From: Alphaproteobacteria bacterium
GTDB lineage: Bacteria; Pseudomonadota; Alphaproteobacteria; GCA-2731375
Length of the DNA: 64,000 bases
Direction: 5' to 3'
Assembly: GCA_965225945.1 (NCBI GenBank)
Contig: CBDDBZ010000034.1
Location: 1-64,000 of the forward strand
Both the position numbers and the translations under genes were made by a program. Shown here piece after piece: positions 1 to 8,952 of the stretch; positions within the stretch are counted from its first letter, which is position 1; every line of letters starts with the position of its first letter. Under the pieces are notes generated by a model that was given only the letters and a program-made list of their open reading frames with translations, was not told the origin of the DNA and did no database searches.

Positions 1-241
1 TGCCGGTGTCGTCGCCAATCAGATCCGAGCCATCCAGCAGCGCCGGCCACCCGAGAAAGCTGGCCCGCCGCTCGCAAATCCCCATAGACCGAGCGTGCCG
101 CACCGCCGAGCCTAGTCCTGCCCGCGGTTTCCTCCCTTAAGCGTTGTCCGACACCTGCCGATCCAGTCCGCCGGATGCAACCCCTGCGCCTCGGCATGAG
201 TCGGACCCGATTTCCTTGGACACAGAATTGGCTTAATCGAA

Positions 242-673
242 GTGTCCAAGGAGGACCGGAACATGACCGACAATTTTGAGAACAAAGTTGCTGTTGATGG
301 GCCTGTGGTAAACGAGGGCGAGCTTGGCTCGTCCACGTTTTCCCCGGGCCAGGTTTCGCCGGCAGGCCCGCTGGGACTTGGCCAGCGGTGGACGGTGACG
401 CGCAAGCGTGAGGTTGCCCTGCGGCTTTTGCGTGGCGAGCCGGTGGAACTTTTGTCGCGGCAGTTGGGCGTGGAGATTTTCCGGCTCGAGCAGTGGCGTG
501 AGAAGGCGATCGCCGGGATCGATGCCTCGCTCAAGGAACGCAAGGGCGATCCGGTAAAGGCGGAACTGGACATCGCCATGAAGCGGATCGGGGAGTTGAT
601 CATGCAGGTGGAACTGCTGGAGGCCAAGACGGAGACGTCCGGCCCTTTGGGGCGGCGGAGGTCGCGGCGATGA
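242..673 (+). CDS. IS orfA (HTH DNA-binding protein); start may be ATG 263
   Basis: RWTVTRKREVALRLLRGE...EQWR HTH followed by a coiled coil; ATGA overlap with orfB. Confidence 0.85.
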   Translation: MSKEDRNMTDNFENKVAVDGPVVNEGELGSSTFSPGQVSPAGPLGLGQRWTVTRKREVALRLLRGEPVELLSRQLGVEIFRLEQWREKAIAGIDASLKERKGDPVKAELDIAMKRIGELIMQVELLEAKTETSGPLGRRRSRR

Positions 674-1581
674 GTGCCGCCACCTCTCCCGGCACGGGTT
701 TGGCCTACGGCCTCCAGCGGGTCTGTGCGGCCTGGGGTTTTGCCCGTTCCTCGTTCTACGCCATGAAATCCCGGCAGCAGGCCACCGCTGAGCGCCCACC
801 AGCAAAGCGCCGGGGACCGAAGCCCTCGATCTCGGACGAGGCTCTGCTGGTGGCCATCGAGGCCGACCTGGAGGCATCCCCCTGGGAGGGCGAGGGACAC
901 CGCAAGGTCTGGGCTCGGCTTCGGGTCTGTCGTGGCATCCGTGTTTCCCGCAAGCGGGTGCTCCGGGTGATGCGCGAGAACAACCTGCTCTCGCCCCATC
1001 GCTGCCGCCGCCGTGGCGGAAATCCCCATGTCGGTGAGATCATCACCCATGCCCCCAACCTCATGTGGGGCACGGACGGCGTTCGGGTGTTCACGGTGGA
1101 CGACGGCTGGGGCTGGATATTCACCGCCATCGAGCATTGGAACGCCGAGTGCGTCGGCTGGCATGTGTGCAAGCGAGGCGACCGCTTCGCCGCCCTTCAG
1201 CCGATCTCCATGGGGCTTGCGAGGCTGTATGCCTCGACCTCCGCCGGTGCGGCGCGGGGGCTGGCCTTGCGGATGGATCACGGCTCCCAGTATCTGTCGG
1301 ACCACTTCACCAACCAGATCAAGTTCTGGGGCATCCAGCCGTCCTACGCCTTCGTCGAACAGCCCCAGACCAACGGCGTCGCCGAGAGGTTCAATCGCAC
1401 GCTCAAGGAACAGATCATCCATGGCCGCATCTACCGCAACATCGCGGAGCTGCGGAACGCCGTCCGCGGGTTCGTCGAACAGTACAATGCCCAGTGGATC
1501 GTGGAGAAGAACGGCTACCTGAGCCCCGCTCAAGCTCGTCAGGCGTGGCACACCGCGATGTCACTCAGGCCCGCCGCATGA
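670..1581 (+). CDS. IS orfB, DDE (rve) transposase
   Basis: WGTD, RMDHGSQY and NGVAERFNRTLKEQ motifs. Confidence 0.92.
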   Translation: MSAATSPGTGLAYGLQRVCAAWGFARSSFYAMKSRQQATAERPPAKRRGPKPSISDEALLVAIEADLEASPWEGEGHRKVWARLRVCRGIRVSRKRVLRVMRENNLLSPHRCRRRGGNPHVGEIITHAPNLMWGTDGVRVFTVDDGWGWIFTAIEHWNAECVGWHVCKRGDRFAALQPISMGLARLYASTSAGAARGLALRMDHGSQYLSDHFTNQIKFWGIQPSYAFVEQPQTNGVAERFNRTLKEQIIHGRIYRNIAELRNAVRGFVEQYNAQWIVEKNGYLSPAQARQAWHTAMSLRPAA

Positions 1582-1645
1582 GACAAACTTGTGTCCAAGG
1601 AACCGGGTGCGATACACCTGCGCCTCGGCAGGTGTCCGACAACGC

Positions 1646-1837
1646 TTAACAGAAAAAGCGGATGGTGGCGAGCAGCGCCGTCTCGCGCCGCAACGTCAGG
1701 CAAATTTCGGCCACGGGCGGGACGCCGCGCCTCAGGCGATAGACGGTCTTGCGCTCTCTCCCGGGCCCGAAGGCGGCATCGAGCAGGGCTTCGATCGCGG
1801 GCCCGTCCTGGGGCCGCTCCGCTTGGATCGTGATCAT
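1646..1837 (-). pseudogene. 3'-truncated GNAT acetyltransferase
   Basis: MITIQAERPQDGPAIEALLDAAFGPGRERKTVYRLR is a GNAT N-terminus; it stops at the hairpin arm. Confidence 0.7.
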
Positions 1838-2113
1838 CCGACGGTGCTCCGGCATTTGGGGACGACATGGTCTCGCCCCCCGGGCGCGCGTGTCGGCGGG
1901 TCACTCGGAGGCGAGCGAAGGGGGAGACGCGCGCGGCGCGCGCCTCGCTCGTCGTCGTCGGAGTTCTCGCGTCTCGTGCACGGTCTGCTCGCCTCGGGCT
2001 CGGAGGGACCCGGCGGCTCTTAGCACGGGCCGCCGGGGGGCGCAAAGCGGATTTGATTTTGCCGCCGGAAGATCGAGAATGGCGCCGCCTAGGGACCACG
2101 AGGAGAACAGATC

Positions 2114-2662
2114 ATGCGGTTGAGCGCGCCCAGAATCACGCCGTCGGAAAGCCACGAGTGGGACGCCGACCAGCGCGCCCTGATGGCGAAAATGGAGCGC
2201 GGCGTCGGCCCGGTGAAACTCATTCGCACGCTGGTGCGCCACGAGAAGCTGCTCAGGCGCTGGCTGCCCTTCGCCAATCATCTGCTGTTCAAATCGACGC
2301 TCTCGGCCCGCGATCGGGAGATCCTGATCCTGCGCACCGCCTGAAACACCCAGGCGGTCTACGAATGGGGCCAGCATGTGGTGATCGCGCGGCGTGCGGG
2401 CCTCTCGGAGGCGGAGATCGCCCGGATCAAGGCGGACGCAGAGGCCGAGGGCTGGAGCGAGGCGGAAGGCGCGCTGATCAGGGTCGCCGACGAGCTGATC
2501 GCCGACAAGATGCTCTCCGAGGAAGCCTGGGCCGGGCTCGCCGCCCACTATTCGACAGAGCAGGTGCTGGACGTGATCTTCACCGTCGGCAACTACACGG
2601 CGGTGGCGATGGCCGTGAACGCCATCGGCGTCCAGCTCGACGAGGGCCTGGAGCGCTTCTGA
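2114..2662 (+). pseudogene. Carboxymuconolactone decarboxylase/AhpD-family protein with in-frame TGA at 2342-2344
   Basis: LSARDREILILRTA*NTQAVYEWGQHV...; both ORF halves are in the same frame. Confidence 0.8.
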
Positions 2663-2665
2663 GCC

Positions 2666-4123
2666 CTACGCGTAGCCCGGCGGCGGGGTGAAGCCGCCGA
2701 AGCTTTCGCCCAGCAGGCGGGCGAACTCGATCGTGGTCCGGTCGGCGCATTCGGGCCCGATGATCTGCACGCCGACGGGAAGCCCGCTCGCCGCGCCCAG
2801 GCCGATCGGCGCCACCGTCGCGGGCAGGAAGCAGAGGCCCGCGAGCCCGGCCCAGAAGAGCTGGTCGAGATAGGGAACCTGGCGGCCGTTGACGGCGATC
2901 GTGCGTTCCATTCGCTCCGGCCAGTGGTCGTGCGCAAAGGCGGTCGACGCGGCGGCGGGGACGAGCAGCAGGTCGTATTCCTCGAAGAAGGCGTGCCAGG
3001 CCCAGCGGAAGTGGGTCCGCGCCTCGTTCACCTTCAGCCACTCGTGGTGAAACTGGGCGGCGCCCCGGACCAGGCAGGCCCGGTAGCTCATGTCCGCCGG
3101 GTCGAGCGCGTCGGCCTCCTTGCGGGCCCGGGCCAGAGCCTCGGGCGCCAGACCCGCTTCCGTCACGCCGCGCAGGAGTTGGATGTAGACCCCCTGATAG
3201 CGCTCGGAAGCGAAATCGGGCCGCGCGCTGTCGTCGACCGTGGCCCCGGCGCGGGCCAAGCCGTCGGCGATGGCCTGGATCGAATCGACGACCTCGCCGT
3301 CGACTTCCGACATCTCGTCGCTGAGCCAGAGGGCGAGCTTGTAGTCGGCGAGCCGGGTCTTGCGCGGCGCCGGCAGTTCCAACCGCCAGCCGGGCGCCGC
3401 CAGCACGTCCGGCCCCGCCAGCACGTCGAGGGCGAGCGCCAGGTCCGCCGCCGTGCGGGCCAGCGGTCCGACGCAAGAGATGTCGTTGGGCGTCAGCACG
3501 CCCGGCATCGACTGGCCGCGCGGCGGGACGATGCCCCAGGTCGGCTTCAGGCCGAGGACGCCGCAGAAATGCGCCGGATTGCGGATCGAGCCACCGATAT
3601 CGCTGCCGGCCTCGAGCGCCGACATGCCGGCCGCGAGCGCCGCCGCCGAGCCGCCGGACGAGCCGCCGGGCGTGCGCTCCAGGTTCCACGGATTGTTGGT
3701 CGTGCCGTGGATCTCGTTGTAGCTCTGGAAGTCCTTCAGGTGCGCGGGCACGTTCGTCTTGCCGAAGATCACCGCGCCGGCGTCGAGCAGACGGTCGACC
3801 ACGACGGCGTTCGCCGAAGCGATATTGTCCCTGAGCTCGGGCAGGCCCCGGGTCGAGGGCCAGCCGGCGACGTCGTAGGAGTCCTTGACCGTCATCGCCA
3901 AGCCGTGCAGCGGACCCCAATCCTCGCCGCGCCGAAGCGCCTCGTCGGCCGCGCCCGCGCGCGCCCGCGCCCGCTCGACGTCGAGATGGATGATGGCGTT
4001 GAGGGGGCCGTTGAACCGCTCGACGCGCGCCAGATTGTGCTCCAGCAACTCCAGGCAACCGATCTCGCGCCCCTTGATCCGTTGTGCCAGCCGGTGGGCG
4101 GGCGCGAAGGCGATGTCGTCCAT
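2666..4123 (-). CDS. Amidase (amidase signature family)
   Basis: GGSSGGSAAA and GSDIGGSIRNPA motifs; catalytic K in TVKD. Confidence 0.95.
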   Translation of the reverse strand: MDDIAFAPAHRLAQRIKGREIGCLELLEHNLARVERFNGPLNAIIHLDVERARARAGAADEALRRGEDWGPLHGLAMTVKDSYDVAGWPSTRGLPELRDNIASANAVVVDRLLDAGAVIFGKTNVPAHLKDFQSYNEIHGTTNNPWNLERTPGGSSGGSAAALAAGMSALEAGSDIGGSIRNPAHFCGVLGLKPTWGIVPPRGQSMPGVLTPNDISCVGPLARTAADLALALDVLAGPDVLAAPGWRLELPAPRKTRLADYKLALWLSDEMSEVDGEVVDSIQAIADGLARAGATVDDSARPDFASERYQGVYIQLLRGVTEAGLAPEALARARKEADALDPADMSYRACLVRGAAQFHHEWLKVNEARTHFRWAWHAFFEEYDLLLVPAAASTAFAHDHWPERMERTIAVNGRQVPYLDQLFWAGLAGLCFLPATVAPIGLGAASGLPVGVQIIGPECADRTTIEFARLLGESFGGFTPPPGYA

Positions 4124-4473
4124 GTGGCGTAATCCTCTCTCATCCGGCCGCCCCTTTTTTGATCACCGCTCGCGCGGCGCCGGATCAGTCCTTGGCATCT
4201 CGATCGCCGCCCCGGCCCTTGTCTTTCTCGAATCGCTCCGTCATGGCGAGCAAGAGGAATCGCAGATGATTGTCAATCGGCGTTGAACATTGACCCCCTA
4301 TCGGCGTGCAATGTTGACCCCTTTGGGGATGCACGGCGGAGGTCGTACAGGTAGTCCATAGGAGGGGCCCGCGCGCGGGCCGACGCGCCCACCACGCGGC
4401 TGGCGGCGGACCGCGCGTGGGAGGTTCCTGTGGGCCCACCTGGGTGACCGGGCGGCAGGTGGATCGGTTGCCT

Positions 4474-5202
4474 TTAGGACCGATTCTTGAAGCGCCAGGA
4501 GTCGTTTCCGGTCTCGATGATCTCGCAGTGGTGCGTCAGACGATCGAGGAGCGCGGTGGTCATCTTGGCGTCGCCGAAGACGGACGGCCATTCGCCGAAG
4601 GTCAGGTTGGTGGTGACGATGATCGAGGTGCGCTCGTAGAGCCGGCTGACGAGGTGGAACAGCAGCTGGCCTCCGGTTTGGGCGAAGGGCAGGTAGCCGA
4701 GCTCGTCGAGGATGACGAGGTCGCGCCGGGCCAGCTGATCGGCGAGCCGGCCCTGGCGGCCGGCGCGGGCTTCGGCCTCGAGCCGGTTGACCAGGTCGAC
4801 GACGTTGAAGAAGCGGCCCCGGGCGCCATCGCGGATGCAGGCCCGCGCGATGGCGACGGCGAGATGGCTCTTGCCGGTGCCGGTGCCGCCGATCAGCACG
4901 GCGTTGCGCTGGTTGGCCAGGAAGCCGCCGACCGCCAACTCGCGGACCAGCGGCTCGTTGACCGGGGTGTCGGTGAAGTCGAAGTCGGCCAGCTCCTTGG
5001 CCAGCGGCAGCTTGGCGCCACTCATCTGGTACTTGATGGATCGCGCCTGCTTGTCGGCGATCTCGGCCTTCAACAGCTCGCCGATGATTCGCTGCATCGG
5101 ATGCTGGCGCTTGAGGCCGTCGGCGAGCACCTCGTCGAACGCGTCGCGCATGCCGGCGAGCTTGAGTGCGGCCATCATCTCCAGGACCTCATGGCGCTCC
5201 AT
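4474..5202 (-). CDS. istB: IS21 helper AAA+ ATPase
   Basis: [17 protein letters not shown] and LLDRLTHH motifs. Confidence 0.95.
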   Translation of the reverse strand: MERHEVLEMMAALKLAGMRDAFDEVLADGLKRQHPMQRIIGELLKAEIADKQARSIKYQMSGAKLPLAKELADFDFTDTPVNEPLVRELAVGGFLANQRNAVLIGGTGTGKSHLAVAIARACIRDGARGRFFNVVDLVNRLEAEARAGRQGRLADQLARRDLVILDELGYLPFAQTGGQLLFHLVSRLYERTSIIVTTNLTFGEWPSVFGDAKMTTALLDRLTHHCEIIETGNDSWRFKNRS

Positions 5203-6700
5203 GGCCGACCCCCCTCAAGCGGTCGTAGCGGGTGCAATCGGCCACCGGCTCAAAGCGAAGACGCAGGTTCGCGGGCGTCGGGATCGGCGCCGTCTCGGAC
5301 GGCTGGCGCCGACGATTGAGGATGTTGAGCACGACGTCGGCGCTGCACACGCCGCCAGCGAGCGCCTCGGCACAGGCGGCCTCCACCGCCGCCAGCCCAT
5401 CCGCCAGCACGGCGGTGAGGATCTCGACCATCTGCCTGTCGCCGTCGTCGTGGCCGGCGAGCCGGACGCGCACGCGACCCAGGGCGCCGGGCAGCGCCCA
5501 GTCCTTGAACGGCGCGCCGTTACGAAGCGCACCGGGCTTCCTCGCCAGCACGGGCACGTAGTGCCACGGGTCATAGACGGTCTGGTCGCGGCCGAAGCGC
5601 CGGGCATGCTCGGCGACGATCTCGCCGTCCTGGCGGATGACGATGCGATCGGCGTAGGCATGGACCTCGACCGGACGGCCGACGGCGCGCGCCGCCACGC
5701 TGTACTTGTTGCTGTCGAAGCGCACCAGGCAGGTCTTCGACACCGACGCCGGGACCGCGTGGAAGCCGTCGAACGGCCCGCGATAGCCGACCAGGGACGG
5801 ACGCTCGTCCTCGAACACCTGCCAGACAGTCCTGTCCTTGAACACCGGGTGGGGATGACGCCGGGCGTAGGCGACGCACTGGTCCAAGAGCCAGGCGTTG
5901 AGCTCGTCGTAGGTCTTGAAGCGCAGCCGCGGGGTGAAGAACCGACCGCGGATGATCCCGACCTGGTTCTCGACCTGCCCCTTCTCCCATCCCGCTCCCG
6001 GCGTGCATGCTGTCGGTTCGACCAGGTAGTGGCCACACATCTGCACGAAGCGCCGGTTGAACGCGCGCTCCTTGCCGATGAGGACGGTCTGCACCGCCGT
6101 CTTCATGTTGTCGTAGATGCCTCGCCGGCAGGCACCCTGGAACAGCCGGAATGCCCGGTCGTGGGCGTCGAACACCATCTCCTGGCTCTCGCGCGGATAA
6201 GCGCGGACGAAGAACATTCGGCTGTGGCACAGCCGGACGTGCGCGACCTTGACCTTGGTCGTCACCCCCGCCAGCACCACGTACTCGTGGCTCCAGTCGA
6301 ACTGATAGGCCTCGCCCGGCGAGAACACCAACGGCACATAGGTCTGCGCCGTCGATGCCGAACGGCGCCACCGCCACGCCTTGGCGTAGCGCCGCACCGC
6401 GTCGTAGCCGCCGCCATAGCCCAGACCCTCGAGGGCTTCGGAGATCCGTAGCAGCGTCAGCCGCTCCCGCTTCGACTTGGTCTCGTTGGCCTCCAGCATC
6501 CGCTCCAGCTCGGCCGTCCACGGCCCCAGCTTCGGCATCGGCTGGACCCGCCGGTCGTAGGTGAACGCCGTCGCCTGCGAACGGATCACCTTGCGCACCG
6601 TGTTGCCCGAGACCTTCACGTCCCGCACGATCTCCTTGATCGGCTTCCCCTTGACGAAATACTCCCGCCGGATCCGCGCTATCGTCTCCACGACCAACAT
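5189..6700 (-). CDS. istA: IS21 transposase
   Basis: [13 protein letters not shown] and EKGQVE DDE motifs. Confidence 0.95.
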   Translation of the reverse strand: MLVVETIARIRREYFVKGKPIKEIVRDVKVSGNTVRKVIRSQATAFTYDRRVQPMPKLGPWTAELERMLEANETKSKRERLTLLRISEALEGLGYGGGYDAVRRYAKAWRWRRSASTAQTYVPLVFSPGEAYQFDWSHEYVVLAGVTTKVKVAHVRLCHSRMFFVRAYPRESQEMVFDAHDRAFRLFQGACRRGIYDNMKTAVQTVLIGKERAFNRRFVQMCGHYLVEPTACTPGAGWEKGQVENQVGIIRGRFFTPRLRFKTYDELNAWLLDQCVAYARRHPHPVFKDRTVWQVFEDERPSLVGYRGPFDGFHAVPASVSKTCLVRFDSNKYSVAARAVGRPVEVHAYADRIVIRQDGEIVAEHARRFGRDQTVYDPWHYVPVLARKPGALRNGAPFKDWALPGALGRVRVRLAGHDDGDRQMVEILTAVLADGLAAVEAACAEALAGGVCSADVVLNILNRRRQPSETAPIPTPANLRLRFEPVADCTRYDRLRGVGHGAP

Positions 6701-6815
6701 CCCCCACCACCTCGTCCGCCCAAAAACGAGGTGACTTGGACTAGCCAGGCTCAGGGGGTCAAATTTGGACGCCGATCACCCCTCAACAGGGGTCAACTTT
6801 GCACGCCGTTCCACA

Positions 6816-7176
6816 CCCAGACCGCGGTCAACTGTCCGGCACGCAACAACGAAGCCAGGCTCAGCGCGTCCCGCCGGTCCGTCTTGACCCGGTCACCGGG
6901 CCGCTTGGGGATCAGCGAGGGCGCCACCACATCGCAGGTGTGGCCCCAGTCCAAAAGCCGGCGATGCAGGGAATAGCCGAACGGGCCAGCCTCATAGCAG
7001 AAGTGAAGACGCGCGCCGTCCCGCGACAGCTTCTTGCAGAGCGAATAGAGCGCCGTCGGTCGGTACACGATGGTGCCGAAATAATGAACCGCCTCTCGCG
7101 GATCACCCGGCGCGATCCCGACCGAAATCGTCTCCTTCGAAACATCCAAGCCAACAAAGGTGATATCGTCCGTCAT
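6816..7176 (-). pseudogene. IS110-family transposase N-terminal (DEDD/RuvC) fragment truncated by IS21
   Basis: FVGLDVSKE, CYEAGP and VKTDRRDA motifs; cut at LTAVWV by the IS21 end. Confidence 0.9.
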
Positions 7177-7181
7177 GCATG

Positions 7182-8632
7182 GGGGATGTCCCGGGCTCTG
7201 TTGAAAAGCTGAAGTAGGCGTCGTCCGCCTGGAGCCGCTAGGCTCTGGGTGCTGATTCCATCAAGGAGAACGACGCCATGACCAAGACTACACGCAACGA
7301 CCGTTCCTCGGAACCATCCTGTCGGCTCTTGCCATCGATGCCGGAGGCCTTCGACGATCTGCGCATGAGCGTCGATCGCTTCTGCCTTTTGGCGGGCCTC
7401 GAGTCTTTGAACGAGATGATGTCGGCGGACGCGGAAGCCTTGTGCGGTTCGCGCCACGCCCGCTCGGGCGAGCGCAAGGGCCATCGATGGGGCACGACCC
7501 GGAGCGAGATCGCCTACCACGGCGGCAAAGTGAAGGTCGAGCGCCCTCGGGTGCGGGACTTCGCGGGTCGGGAGATGAGCCTGCCGAGTTGGGAGCTGCT
7601 GTCGGAACCCGAACTCTTGCAAGCCTGGGCGATGAATCTGATGGTGATCAACGTCTCGACCCGCAAGTATGCCCGCGCGGTGCGCCTGCCGGACGATGCG
7701 GGCGGCGATCTGCCGGCGGCATCGGGTGACGCAACCTCGAAGTCGGCGGTCTCGCGCCGTTTCGTGGCGTTGACGCGAAGCAAGCTGAAGGCCTGGCTGG
7801 CGAGCCCGCTCGACGATCTCGATCTCGTGGTGCTCCAGATCGACGGGCTCCATGTCGGCGATCACCTGATGGTGGCGGCGATCGGCATCGACACCGGCGG
7901 CGCGAAGCACGTGCTGGGCCTGGCCGAGGGCGCGACGGAGAACGCGGCCACGGTGCAAGCCATGCTCGACAACCTGATCGAGCGCGGTCTCGATCCCGAA
8001 CGGCCTCGGCTCTACATCGTCGACGGCGCCAAGGCGCTCTCGAAGGCGATCCGGCGGACCTTCGGGCGGGCGGCGGCCCTCCAGCGCTGCCAGGTGCACA
8101 AGGGGCGCAACATCACGGACCGGCTGGACGAGAGCCTCCATACCGGCGTCAGGAAGGTCTTGCGGCAGGCCTGGCAGCAGGACGACGCGGCCAAGGCCGA
8201 ACGGCTCTTGCGCAACCTCGCCCGCCGTCTGGAGCATGACGCACCCGGCGTCTCGGGCTCGATCCTGGAGGGCCTGGACGAGATCCTGACCGTGATCCGG
8301 CTCGGCCTCCCGCCGCAACTTCGACACTCGCTGGCTTGCACCAACGCCATCGAGAACGCGATCGGCACCGTCCGGACGGTGCAGCGGAACGTCAAGCGCT
8401 GGCGCAACGCCGAGATGGCGCTGCGTTGGACCGCCGCCGGCCTCTTGGAGGCGCAAAAGACCTTCCGCCGCCTCAAGGCCTACCGCCAGCTCCCCGTCCT
8501 TGACGCCGCCCTGCGGGAGGCGGTGAGAAAGGCCGGAGCAAAGTCCGTCATTGAAGACATCGAGGTGGCCGCGTAGCCTCTCGATCAGACGATGCCTATC
8601 TCGCACTTTTCAACATTGGGCGGGACATCGCC
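7182..8632 (+). mobile_element. IS256-family element
   Basis: TIRs GGGGATGTCCCGGGCTCTGTTGAAAAG and (rc) GGCGATGTCCCGCCCAATGTTGAAAAG; only a partial flanking repeat (GCATG). Confidence 0.88.
7278..8576 (+). CDS. IS256 transposase
   Basis: LQIDG, IVDGAK, QRCQVHK and TNAIE motifs. Confidence 0.93.
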   Translation: MTKTTRNDRSSEPSCRLLPSMPEAFDDLRMSVDRFCLLAGLESLNEMMSADAEALCGSRHARSGERKGHRWGTTRSEIAYHGGKVKVERPRVRDFAGREMSLPSWELLSEPELLQAWAMNLMVINVSTRKYARAVRLPDDAGGDLPAASGDATSKSAVSRRFVALTRSKLKAWLASPLDDLDLVVLQIDGLHVGDHLMVAAIGIDTGGAKHVLGLAEGATENAATVQAMLDNLIERGLDPERPRLYIVDGAKALSKAIRRTFGRAAALQRCQVHKGRNITDRLDESLHTGVRKVLRQAWQQDDAAKAERLLRNLARRLEHDAPGVSGSILEGLDEILTVIRLGLPPQLRHSLACTNAIENAIGTVRTVQRNVKRWRNAEMALRWTAAGLLEAQKTFRRLKAYRQLPVLDAALREAVRKAGAKSVIEDIEVAA

Positions 8633-8750
8633 ACGGCATGTCCGTCTCCCATGTATGAGGATAGGCACGCAAACGCGTGCAACCCTCGAAACTACATGCT
8701 GAGGCGGACACCTGGTCCCGGCGTCGAAACCTCAACGGACATAGGGTCTA
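8633..8750 (-). ncRNA. IS110 left non-coding end (candidate bridge-RNA region)
   Basis: Removing IS256 joins RBS GGGAGA to the IS110 ATG; ~118-nt non-coding leader starting TAGACCCTATGTCCG. Confidence 0.5.
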
Positions 8751-8819
8751 TCAATGACCGAATCGGCCACCCCGGCCCGACGGAACTATACCCCCGATAG
8801 ACGACATGGGTGGCCCTCG

Positions 8820-8930
8820 CCGCCGCGTATGCTCACCCCAACGCCCTCGCCCGCCCTGAAAGTGACCATAGAGCGTCGACGGCGACACCTTCAGTCGCGC
8901 TGCCACTTCCGCCACGGTGATATGTGACGG
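8820..8930 (-). pseudogene. Resolvase/invertase C-terminal HTH remnant
   Basis: ITVAEVAARLKVSPSTLYGHFQGGR. Confidence 0.55.
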
Positions 8931-8952
8931 CGCCGCGTGATTGGCTGCCACC

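Larger units (their letters stand above)
197..1616 (+). mobile_element. IS3-like insertion sequence with imperfect TIRs and a 14-bp flanking direct repeat
   Basis: Left end TGAGTCGGACCCGATTTCCTTGGACA matches the reverse complement of the right end, TGTATCGCACCCGGTTCCTTGGACA (TG...CA). CCTGCGCCTCGGCA occurs at 183-196 and 1617-1630. Confidence 0.9.
137..1649. repeat. 25-bp inverted repeat (137-161 / 1625-1649) of a ~79-bp hairpin/MITE-like element interrupted by the IS
   Basis: TTAAGCGTTGTCCGACACCTGCCGA vs TCGGCAGGTGTCCGACAACGCTTAA (1 mismatch). Confidence 0.75.
4271..6815 (-). mobile_element. IS21-family element
   Basis: Ends TGTCAATCGGCGTTGAACATTGACCCC and (rc) TGTGGAACGGCGTGCAAAGTTGACCCC with internal repeats; istA+istB; no TSD. 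Confidence 0.92.

Noticed and set aside
2342-2344. Selenocysteine or genetic-code reassignment of TGA
   Set aside because: The position looks like Trp rather than Cys, and many genes in the window end normally in TGA
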